Shown one piece after another: positions 55,441-64,000 of a stretch of DNA of 64,000 bases. The translations under genes and the position numbers were made by a program. The notes below the pieces were generated by a model. The model was not told the DNA's origin. It ran no database searches and worked only from the letters and a program-made list of their open reading frames with translations. The stretch's first letter is position 1. Every line of letters starts with the position of its first letter. This DNA comes from Nitrospirota bacterium (GTDB lineage Bacteria; Nitrospirota; UBA9217), in NCBI GenBank assembly GCA_963740085.1, contig CAVUCU010000003.1, positions 180,696-244,695 on the forward strand, read 5' to 3'.

Positions 55441-56923
55441 CTAACCACGCCGATTTCGAACGATTTCTATGTTCCGCTGTCTCGTTACACAGATGCAATC
55501 CTTTCGCCGTTCCTGGGGGAAGAAATCACCGCGCTCAGGTCCAGTCAAAATATCAAGCTGGTATCGACACTCGACAGAAGAATCCCAACCGTGAATATAT
55601 TTGACCAGCTCAGCAACTACCATGCATGCGCTTAGACAGGCTACAAAAGGTACGGAAGGTTCAAAATCCTTCCTCAACGCATCATTCGATATATGTTGAA
55701 CAACGCCTTCCTGGATAACAGAACAAATCTTCCGTCCTTTTCGTTCTTTAAGCCAAGCTTTCCTGTCTTCCGGGGCAATTAGAATATCCTGATCAGTAAC
55801 AACGTCATCTTCATTGCGGACACGCTCAGGCCGGAGCCCCGTGGCTCTACTACCTATAATTTCAGATGCTTCCCCCTTTTGCTTTTGAAAGAGACACTTC
55901 AAGCATGCTGTATTCTCGGACCACGGATGACGACTTACCTGAGCTGCGAAATCGCCTATAGCACCGTCAATAATCATATCGGGCCATAGATCCTGTACAT
56001 AATGGCGGGCATCTATATCATCGAGTCCATTGAGGACAATCTTGGGATATGGTATTTCTGTTCCTAAGCGTTGGCTGAATGTCTGAATATCCTCGGCATA
56101 GCCTTTTGCAAACCGACTACCGAGATAGGCTTCGGCAAAAAGTGCTTTGTCTTTTTCTAAGTCTGGCTCACCAATGAGCAGACAAGTACCTATATTTTCC
56201 GGACCATATTTTTGATAATCGACAACTCTCACGCTGCCGGTTATTGGCAGGTGTTTCAGCAAAAATACGATGCCGTTGCCAATCGCGCCCACACCTGTTA
56301 GAAGTAAATCTGCTTCAATAATCGGAGGTAAAGACGGACCCGGATCGAGATCGCCTACTTTGTAGGAATAGAGAGAAGGTAATTGAGCCGAGCAATTTCC
56401 CACGGCTTTCTTTGAGCCCTATTAATCGCTTAAAGACTTCTGTTACGCCCAGGCATGATGCAGCGAGGGCAGCGATGGGATTACACTGATCTATATCAGC
56501 AGAAATAGCCGTGCCGTCGGAAGAGACACGAGCAAGCCAACCATTAGAATTAATTACAGTACAGTTTGGAGAGACGATTGCGGTTGAACCTACCGATAAT
56601 ATTGCGTCGTAAGAGGAATAAACTGGCTGATTAGCTAAGACAGTAATCGATGAATTTCGGGAAAACCTATTTACCAGTTGCTCGCATTCAATTCGTAAAT
56701 CTGCAGGCACATCAGCAGGTAAGTAAACTTCAACACCTTTGCTTATCCGGTGGAGTAGCAGAAAGCTGCTAATAAGGCACACGCGGCCATTCGCTGTTCT
56801 CAATACTACGGTCTCGCCTGTAAGGAGAACTTTTTTATAGATGAAAATATGTCTGTCCGGAGCAAGATCCCCAAGTCGGGCCGCAGTCGTATTGGGACGG
56901 CTGAATATGATTTCTTCGCTCAT
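55441..56923 (-). CDS. E1/ThiF ubiquitin-activating-like enzyme (inactive + active adenylation domains; BilD-like), one frameshift
   Basis: NPIAALAASCLGVTEVFK, GVGAIG, GLDDIDAR, CLKC...CIC zinc site, candidate catalytic Cys in RKICS, PSVPFV. Confidence 0.88.
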
Positions 56924-57451
56924 AAGCCGTCCCCCACGAAGATCATAGGCAGCGGGCCTGCATCAATGATTTGAATCCGACGCGATACATCTGCGGGGGA
57001 TAGTTTTATGTATCCTGTTCCTTTCTCGAAGACGAAGACACCACATTCGCCGATTTTAGTATCTGACCGCTGCGCATAATCAGGCGCTACTATTGACAAG
57101 TAATGCGGAACGGCCAGACCATACCGACGATCCGTAGTAGACAGATTTGTCCCGTGAAAATGCCCATGGGAATGAATCTGTCCAATCAATACAACACCCA
57201 GTCTCTATGGTATGTTCAGTTACCTCATTGAGCAGTGAAGATTCGATTCGCAGCAAAGCAGGCTCTTTAATGACCTCTGCTCCCCTGAGAGCCACAAGGT
57301 GCGTGACCTGGGCCTGCTGGTTGTTACGTCTTCCAAGCCAAAGAACAATTCCTTCATTTCCGTTGACACCATCGAGTGCCATTTCACGGAGGGAATCATC
57401 AAAAGCCGATTTCGGTATCGACCAGGTTTCCACAGCGTCGAAATACATCAT
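56920..57451 (-). CDS. JAB/JAMM deubiquitinase-like metallopeptidase (BilC-like), one frameshift
   Basis: EGIVLWLG ... GQIHSH...LSTTD. Confidence 0.88.
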
Positions 57452-57888
57452 CCTTTAAACCTCCCCTGGAAGGTATTGTCCATTTTTTCCTGAAGCGTGC
57501 GAAGAACCTTAAGCATAACGTTGCCATCAGATTTCCACATAAATCGCGGATCAGTCCTCCACTCCGGATGAAGACCAAAACCTTCCGCACACCAGCTCAC
57601 ACAGGCATCTAAACTATCAGGGCGGAATCCTCCTACAAGGGGCCACGCACTCTTGAGATCGAGTCGCCCTGTAGCCGGGTCGCGGAACTTCAAAGATGGA
57701 GGTTGACCAGGGTAGGCGCTCCAAAGTAGCCGAGCCTGAAATACCTCTTCCGCTTTATTTATCGGAGATAGCGATACTAATATTTCAAGGGGTCCTGTTT
57801 TTTCCAATTTCCATCGTTGGGCATCAGAGGTTAACAGGACCTCGTCCAAATCATCCTTGAAATTAAGTTCGGACAACGTATCGCTCAA
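57448..57888 (-). CDS. E2/UBC-like conjugating enzyme (BilB-like)
   Basis: YPGQPPS motif, AWP, and Cys residues in DACVSWC...HPEW. Confidence 0.8.
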   Translation of the reverse strand: MSDTLSELNFKDDLDEVLLTSDAQRWKLEKTGPLEILVSLSPINKAEEVFQARLLWSAYPGQPPSLKFRDPATGRLDLKSAWPLVGGFRPDSLDACVSWCAEGFGLHPEWRTDPRFMWKSDGNVMLKVLRTLQEKMDNTFQGRFKG

Positions 57889-57893
57889 GATCG

Positions 57894-58176
57894 TTACCCC
57901 TGCGTTATTTGCTGGCTAAGCTTGAGCTGTAGGACTTTCTTGTCCCCTGCCAGGCTGCCCCAGCGTCTGGCTCATGTTTTCAAGCGGCGTTTTCTCATGA
58001 AACAGGGTATACGTCGCCATGTTCCCCTCGGGGTTCTGCCCCTCTGTTAAACCGAAAGCGGCCAGCACGCGTGTCTTGAGCTGTCCGACCGTTTCATTGG
58101 GATCAACATGATCCTTGAACGGCTCCCCTGCTGCAACGTAGTGCACTACAACTTGAAGCTTTTCACCATGACTCAT
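57894..58176 (-). CDS. Ubiquitin-like beta-grasp protein (BilA-like), one frameshift
   Basis: ETVGQLKTRVLAAFGL...YTLFH...L; the corrected frame ends LQLKLSQQITQG*. Confidence 0.82.
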
Positions 58177-58204
58177 TTCTTCGTTCTCCTTTCGTTTTTG
58201 ACTT

Positions 58205-58257
58205 GTTCGCTATACTGCATTTTATTTCATTATAGCGAACTTCGGCTCCACTGTCAA
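58205..58257 (-). promoter_or_regulatory. Consensus sigma70 promoter of the Ubl operon with overlapping 10-bp inverted-repeat operator
   Basis: TTGACA (58257-58252), 17 bp, TATAAT (58234-58229); GTTCGCTATA-16-TATAGCGAAC at 58205-58240. Confidence 0.85.
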
Positions 58258-58327
58258 TATTTTTTTTATCTTGCATACAAGGCCTATTTCTGATATATAT
58301 AAATCAACGAGAGTTATGGAGGCACGT

Positions 58328-58738
58328 ATGGCAAGTGTGGGAGATAGGATTCGAGAGCTCCGAGAAAAAAGAAAGCTGACTCAGGAAAAATTGGCAGGAG
58401 ACGCTGATATAAGTAAAGGTTTTCTCAGCGATGTGGAAAATAATAACAGAAATATAAGTTCGCAAGGATTGCTTAAAATTGCTAACGTCTTAGGAGCTTC
58501 TGTAGATTACCTGCTCCGGGGAGAAACGAAGGAAGCAACTGCAAGCGAGCCTGTTGTAGTTCCACCTGATTTATCACGCGCTGCGGAAGAAATGAAATTG
58601 ACTTACAGCGAAACCCTCGAACTTCTCAGCGCTTATCAATCAATTGTTGCAAGACGTAGTAATAAAAGCATTAAAACCTTTACAGTAGAAGATTGGAAAC
58701 AACTTCGGAAAGCGATCAAAGGAGTTTTCGGGTCATAG
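58328..58738 (+). CDS. XRE HTH repressor (CapH-like)
   Basis: SD GGAGG; LTQEKLA..ISKGFLSDVEN; divergent from the Ubl operon and abutting the peptidase. Confidence 0.85.
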   Translation: MASVGDRIRELREKRKLTQEKLAGDADISKGFLSDVENNNRNISSQGLLKIANVLGASVDYLLRGETKEATASEPVVVPPDLSRAAEEMKLTYSETLELLSAYQSIVARRSNKSIKTFTVEDWKQLRKAIKGVFGS

Positions 58739-59764
58739 ATGCCACCGCAACTGAAAAAATCGATTAAGGTTCAAAAGCTGGCACGTGACCTGGGCTTGAA
58801 GAATGCCGCCGATCCGGTGTCTGCCATTGTTGACTATTGCCGGTTAAAGGTAAAAAAATTCCTTACTGATTTCCCGGAGTGCGACCAGCTCCACGACCTG
58901 CTTCTATTCCTGGCGCAGAAGATGGGAACGTTCTTTGAAGAAATTCATACGGACGAAGATTTAGAAAACATTAGATCCAAATATTTACTCAGAGGGGAAA
59001 AAATATTTGTCCTTTTAAAAGAGGAATTTGCAGAAGATGTCTTTGGCATTACCTTCCGGTTGATGAATAGAGAACCTTGGGAACCACAGTTTGTGTCCAT
59101 AATCGACTGTCGAGGTAACAAATCATACCGGTCGTATTTTACAAAATGGCATGAACTCGGTCATCTCCTGGTACTAACCGACCAAATGCGGCTTAATTTT
59201 CGCCGTACATTCCCCCCCACTGAGCTGAAAGATCCGGAAGAAGCCGTCATCGACATCATTGCAGGTACATTTGCTTTCTACGATCCATTGATCAAGAAAT
59301 GTACTGACGGCGAAATATCATTTGAAGCTGTTGAGAGATTACGGGACCAGTTATGCCATGGTGCGAGTTGGCAGGCTTCCTTGATAGGATTTGTTAAAGC
59401 TTGGCCCACACCCTGCTTCTTGGTTCATGCCAAACTCGCTTTAAAAAAAGATCAGCGAGAACAACTGGCACAGCAGACATTTGGATTTGATGCGCCGCCA
59501 ACACCGGTATTGCGCGCAACGAAAGTAACAAGTAGTGAATCTGCGCGGGCTGACGGTTTAATGATTTTTGAAAATATGCGGATTCCGACAAGCTCGATTA
59601 TATACAAAGCTTTCCAAGAAGGACTTGATTACGTGGAAGGTGAAGAGAATCTCAGGGACTGGGTCACAAGTGATGGCTCCAAACTGTGCAACTGCAAGGT
59701 ACGCATAAAGGTCAAAACGGGTATTGATGCAGCCGATGCCCTAATTATTCCGATCGGATCGTAG
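58739..59764 (+). CDS. ImmA/IrrE-like Zn metallopeptidase (CapP-like)
   Basis: FTKWHELGHL followed by PEE; ATG directly after the HTH stop. Confidence 0.8.
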   Translation: MPPQLKKSIKVQKLARDLGLKNAADPVSAIVDYCRLKVKKFLTDFPECDQLHDLLLFLAQKMGTFFEEIHTDEDLENIRSKYLLRGEKIFVLLKEEFAEDVFGITFRLMNREPWEPQFVSIIDCRGNKSYRSYFTKWHELGHLLVLTDQMRLNFRRTFPPTELKDPEEAVIDIIAGTFAFYDPLIKKCTDGEISFEAVERLRDQLCHGASWQASLIGFVKAWPTPCFLVHAKLALKKDQREQLAQQTFGFDAPPTPVLRATKVTSSESARADGLMIFENMRIPTSSIIYKAFQEGLDYVEGEENLRDWVTSDGSKLCNCKVRIKVKTGIDAADALIIPIGS

Positions 59765-59846
59765 AATTAATGGTCCTAAAAAAAAACGCCTCAGAATGTA
59801 TCCTAACAGGAATGATCACCGCTAGATAAATTCATAGCAAGGATTC

Positions 59847-60035
59847 TTACCCCGCCCTTTTCGTGAAAGGCAGCACGTTCGCCCCTGTTTTAAGTCCATC
59901 CGGATAATCGCCCCACTGCTGCAGCATCTTCTTCCTCTCTTCCAGGTGTGCGGTCCTGTTGTATGCCCTGCCGTTCGGGTCTCTCACCGCATGCGCCAGT
60001 TGATGTTCTATGAATTCCGGCTTGACCTGGAGGAC
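59847..60035 (-). pseudogene. C-terminal fragment of a P4-like tyrosine integrase
   Basis: IEHQLAHAVRDPNGRAYNRTAHLEERKKMLQQWGDY. Confidence 0.85.
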
Positions 60036-60103
60036 TTCGTCTGTCAAATCGCTACCCAATTCTCCGACCATAACGGATCCATCCGGCGAGTCTCCGTAAC
60101 ATC

Positions 60104-61918
60104 TTAATTGTTCAAATCCTCTTCGATCTCAAAAGACCGTTCATTTTCTTGAGCATCTGCCTTGACCTCGCGGTCCTTCTCATGCTCTTTATCCTTCAGT
60201 GTAGCATTGATCGCAGCCTTTGCCTTGGAAGCTATCAGAAACTGTTCTGCAACGATATTATCAAGAAGAAGATCATCCCTTACAACAAACGGCACGTGCC
60301 CTTCGGAATATCGCTTATACTCAAATTGAATTTTGGTGATTGAATAATTCGCGATCTTTAAATATGCTTCCAGGTCCCGTAGATTCATGATCTCGCTCGG
60401 CAGCACCAAATCCTTCTCTCGTGTGCGCTGCATGAGCGAGACACCGTCCCTGTTGTCGGAGACCCCCATAGAGAGTGTCTGGTCCGTTTCCAGTACTTCC
60501 GTTTTACCGACACGGTCAGAGAGGTATTTTGCCGTCACTGGATCGGAGACCCTGAACAAAATGCTGTTGCTGCATGCATTTAGGATGGATTGCGAAAATT
60601 CCGGGAATAAATCTTGTCGATCTGTCCCTTGTCCTGAATGCCGATGAATACTGCCCCTCCCTTGCTCCGCGACAGCGTCAAGAGGTCCTTTATGGTTGAA
60701 AGCCGCTGGAGGGTGCCAAACTCGTCGAGGACAAAGAATATTCTCCGATGATGATCGTCTTTCATAGAAAGAAGCTTTCTTCCCAAGAGGTCTACAAACA
60801 GGGAAAGAATGGGTCGCAATGTGTCCTTGACATCAGCGTAGTTCGTTATGAAGATAGTCCCTGGTTGCGGATCGTTCAGCCATGTGGTGATGCTGAACGA
60901 CCCGTCAGCCTTGGACATGTACTCAAAGCTTTTAACGTACTGCATTAACACGGCCACGACGCTCATGGCTTGCTTGCTCAAGCATCCTGAATATACACGT
61001 AGCCGCGCTCCCCGCCTTTTGTACCCTTAAGCGACGACGAGATATCCGCGATGGGGGCCGGTAACGGCCTCCCAGATGTGGGCATTGGTTTTCGCATTAT
61101 TTTGGTAAAGGTAGTGAAGGATGCCGCTGAACACGTCCCGTGCTGCATCGTTCCAAAAAGGGTCCTGTTGATAGGATTGCGGAATAAGACTGTGCGCCAC
61201 CGCGTCGATATCCATGAACTGGACAAGCTCGTTAAACACGTTCCAGCCCCCGCACCGCGAATCAAGCGGGTTAAAGATTATGTCTCTGTCCGGGTCATAG
61301 AATTTTGCAAGATAGTCGCCCTTGAAGTCATAAACGACCATCTTCTCCTCGCGTTCGATCAGTCTCTCGATCATTTGACTGGCCTGGTTGGTCTTGCCGG
61401 TTCCCGGCGCGCCAATAAACAGCAGGTGCTTGACCTCCGCATCCCTGGGCAGCGCCACTGGCCCGAGGGGAAGGTCCGGGCAGTCTTTAGTGATCTTCAT
61501 CTGTTCCATAAGTTCCTTATGTGTTATCAACTGCGCTCCCCGCACATATTTCTCTCGAGCCTGTTCTTTCGCACGCCTTTTAAAGTAATCCAGCAACAGC
61601 GGGTATCCCAGAAGGTAGCTCGGTATTCCTGCGGCAACAAAAAAACAAATAGCCTCCAAAGTATGTCGTCGAAAGCCGCACCGAGCCGGTCATCCGGATT
61701 TTAGCAAGAGGGTTATTCAACACGATAATGCCCTTCATGCGCATATATTCAAAGGCAAACGTCGCAGAGCCCTCTGGCATGTAAATCTTGCTGATAACGA
61801 TAAAAAGCACGATTTGAACGGCGAGACAGTACTTGAACGTCAATACGACCATCTTAAAGCTCATGCGAAACGCGTTCCACCAGGTCTCGTGTCCTTGATA
61901 GGCGTTGTCTTTATTCAT
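60104..61918 (-). CDS. traD: Type IV coupling protein TraD, split by several frameshifts
   Basis: GAPGTGKT, YDFKGDY, NPLDSR, DPFW, LDEFGTLQRL, LPSEIMNL. Confidence 0.9.
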
Positions 61919-62047
61919 ATGTCCCCTTAGCAGATGCTTTTTCAGCCTTTCGCGTATTCAGCGACCTATACTCCTGGCCGCACTCGATCTCCGGGCGGTG
62001 CAGTGGCGCACGTGAGCAGATTGCATGTTAGCGGCGTGATTTATGAC

Positions 62048-62076
62048 TTGACAGAGATTAACATACATGTTAATAT
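62048..62076 (+). promoter_or_regulatory. TA promoter with palindromic operator
   Basis: TTGACA-17-TAATAT with ATTAACAT-AC-ATGTTAAT (62057-62074) overlapping. Confidence 0.75.
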
Positions 62077-62083
62077 TAAATGC

Positions 62084-62404
62084 ATGGACTGGACGATCAC
62101 TTACTTTAGTGAACGGGTCAAAGATGATGTTTTTCCTGCCGCCGAATATTCTGGCTGACTATCTGCGGGTGGCGGAGTTGATGGAGAGATACGGGGCTGA
62201 TCTCCGGTTGCCGCATTCGCGCGCAATCGGCGGCGGCTTGTTCGAATTGCGCCCCAAGGGGAAAGAAGGAATTGGCCGCATATTTTATTGCACCATCGGG
62301 TGCACTATTGTGATCCTGCATTCTTTTGTGAAGAAAACGCAGAAAACCCACCTGATGAATTGAAAGTCGCCCGAAAGCGTTTGAAGGAGGTACATCGTGG
62401 ATAA
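62084..62404 (+). CDS. RelE/HigB (Gp49-like) toxin, frameshifted
   Basis: PHSRAIGGGLFELR...GRIFY...LHSFVKKTQKT. Confidence 0.88.
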
Positions 62405-62731
62405 AAAACGCCTCGATAAACTAATGTCGGAAAGGTATAAACCAGTGCCGCATACTGCCGAGGATAATGCGCGTCTACTGTCAAACCGTAAGGTAAGAGC
62501 CGCATATAATGCGCTTGAGGACGAGTACGCCGCATTGGACGCGCTTTTAAGAGCGAGAACGAAAGCGGGGCTTACCCAGGCGGAAGTGGCGGAAAAACGC
62601 ATGGGTATCAAGCCTTCATCATGGCGCGAATTGAATCATCGCTCGGCGACCGCAGGCATTCACCGAGTCTGGTTACGCTTCGCAAATACGCTTCCGCTTG
62701 CGGCAAGAGATTGATCATCAAACTGGCTTGA
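62397..62731 (+). CDS. HigA-like HTH antitoxin, frameshifted
   Basis: AYNALEDEY...ARTKAGLTQAEVA; downstream of the toxin. Confidence 0.85.
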
Positions 62732-62785
62732 GCATTAGCCATAGTCTTTTCACCGTCGTCCTTTTTTACTGAACAATGGACCCTA

Positions 62786-63124
62786 TCAGCTCAGCGACTT
62801 CAGGGTCAGGTTCGGTCGTATTTGCAGTTCTCCCCGACGCCGGAAGCAAAGACGGCTCATCGGATACAGGCTTAGACACTGGAGTGTTAGCCGGGACACT
62901 GACGCAATTTTTGGATCGTGTTGACTGGTAAGTGTTTCTGCCTGTAACGCCCCTTTCGACTGCTTCTTGGTCGGTCGAGCACCCGACTTCCCTCCAGCTT
63001 CTTCCGTCATGTATTTAAGAAGCACCTTTTTGAGGAATTCATTCCGTTTCCGGGGCATAGAACGCTTTTGCAGCAATTCAAATAGCCTGCGGTCGTCTTC
63101 CTTATCGAGATTGAACCGCACCAT
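62786..63124 (-). CDS. Putative ParR/StbB-like adaptor
   Basis: Small basic ORF (MVRFNLD...RNEFLKKVL) directly after the ParM-like gene. Confidence 0.5.
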   Translation of the reverse strand: MVRFNLDKEDDRRLFELLQKRSMPRKRNEFLKKVLLKYMTEEAGGKSGARPTKKQSKGALQAETLTSQHDPKIASVSRLTLQCLSLYPMSRLCFRRRGELQIRPNLTLKSLS

Positions 63125-63158
63125 ATGATCTCTATGTTCGCCATTTGTGCCCCCTGCG

Positions 63159-64000
63159 CTAGTCTGGTCGGGCATCGCCTTTGCCGCCCGGTAAAAGCCG
63201 ATGACGTTGGCGAAACGCGGGTTCGGATGCATTAAGAAGTGGCGATTCATGGCCAGAATCTCGTCTCTGCAGAAGAAGTGCCCCGCCTCCAGTAAGAGAA
63301 CTTTGTCGGGCCTGTATACCTCTCAGCATGACCTTGATCTCGTCCGTGATATCCTTTGCCATCTGTGCCTTGTACTGAGCCGCCCGTTTCCAGAAATCCG
63401 GCCGGACGGCTTCACCGTTGATTTTCAACGTCGAGCTTCCAAAATGCCGTGCAATGTTCCTATGAATTTTACCTCCTCGTTCGGCCTCATCTTGCCATAC
63501 TCGGATTCAAGGTCGGCCTTGACCTTTCCGAACAACTGGATCATGCCGGACAGACTTGAATTCTTCTGGCCGCGAGCTTGCCCTTCTCCAGAATGACGAT
63601 GTTGATCGTCCCATAGCCGATATCCACGATTGCCATCTGATCATGGAAAAAGGGGCTCGCCTTCTGGTACCGGAAATTCTCGTCAGAACGAGAGAGAGAT
63701 AGGTTCCAAGTGGCTCGGCCATGACGTTCGCCCTGATCGTAAACGTCATGGACTTTTCATTGATAATCGGCGTGCTTCGTGCCGGAATATATCTCTTTGA
63801 CCTTATCGACCTTTTGCCTGTTGGTTGCCGTGCTTACCGGGAGGCCGAAGACGATATCGGCATCGGTAATGCCCATCCTGGCAAGCGCAAGCAGGATGAA
63901 CGGAATATTCATTTCGTCGCTCTTTTCCTCGTCGGTCTTCCATACGAAATTCGTTCCGAGAACCGCATCCTCCCCGAGAATGAGGTCCTCGCCGTTATAG
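63159..64000 (-). CDS. ParM/StbA actin-like partition ATPase, partial and frameshifted
   Basis: FGLP, VMAEPLGTY, IVDIGYGT, LTGGGA and ANVIGF motifs spread across frames. Confidence 0.85.

Noticed and set aside
55441-58176. CBASS (Cap2/Cap3) or ThiS/MoaD sulfur-carrier operon
   Set aside because: No CD-NTase or cofactor-biosynthesis genes nearby; a standalone Ubl plus separate E2 fits protein conjugation.

Overview
Bacterial chromosome segment, probably from a long-read assembly. Positions 1-17.8 kb are host backbone: glnE (partial), a thioesterase, rnr, a small array of integron-cassette-like genes with one clear attC, selA-selB, an MFS transporter, a Kef-type antiporter and tRNA-Sec (selC). 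From about 17.8 kb to the window end is an integrative conjugative element inserted at the 3' end of selC. It carries a tyrosine integrase and excisionase, an F-type T4SS (traALEKBVC, split Cys-rich traN, traW, traU, trbC, peptidase, traF, traH, traG), dsbC, an OmpA-domain gene, regulators, traD, a higBA-like TA pair and a ParM-type partition module. A ~13 kb defence-like cargo island (46.8-60.1 kb) separates the pilus genes from traD. It holds a ubiquitin-like conjugation operon (Ubl-E2-JAB-E1, resembling type II BilABCD) followed by DUF2188, under a perfect sigma70 promoter overlapped by a palindromic operator and opposite a CapH/CapP-like HTH + metallopeptidase pair. It also holds a high-GC two-MTase + GIY-YIG/helicase module that truncates a MazG-like gene, an HTH-ImmA/IrrE + PIN pair, and a membrane protein with an internally initiated G-APVPxxQ repeat peptide. 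Many ICE genes are frameshifted, while the intact host genes are not. All calls are from motif recognition by eye; no searches were run.
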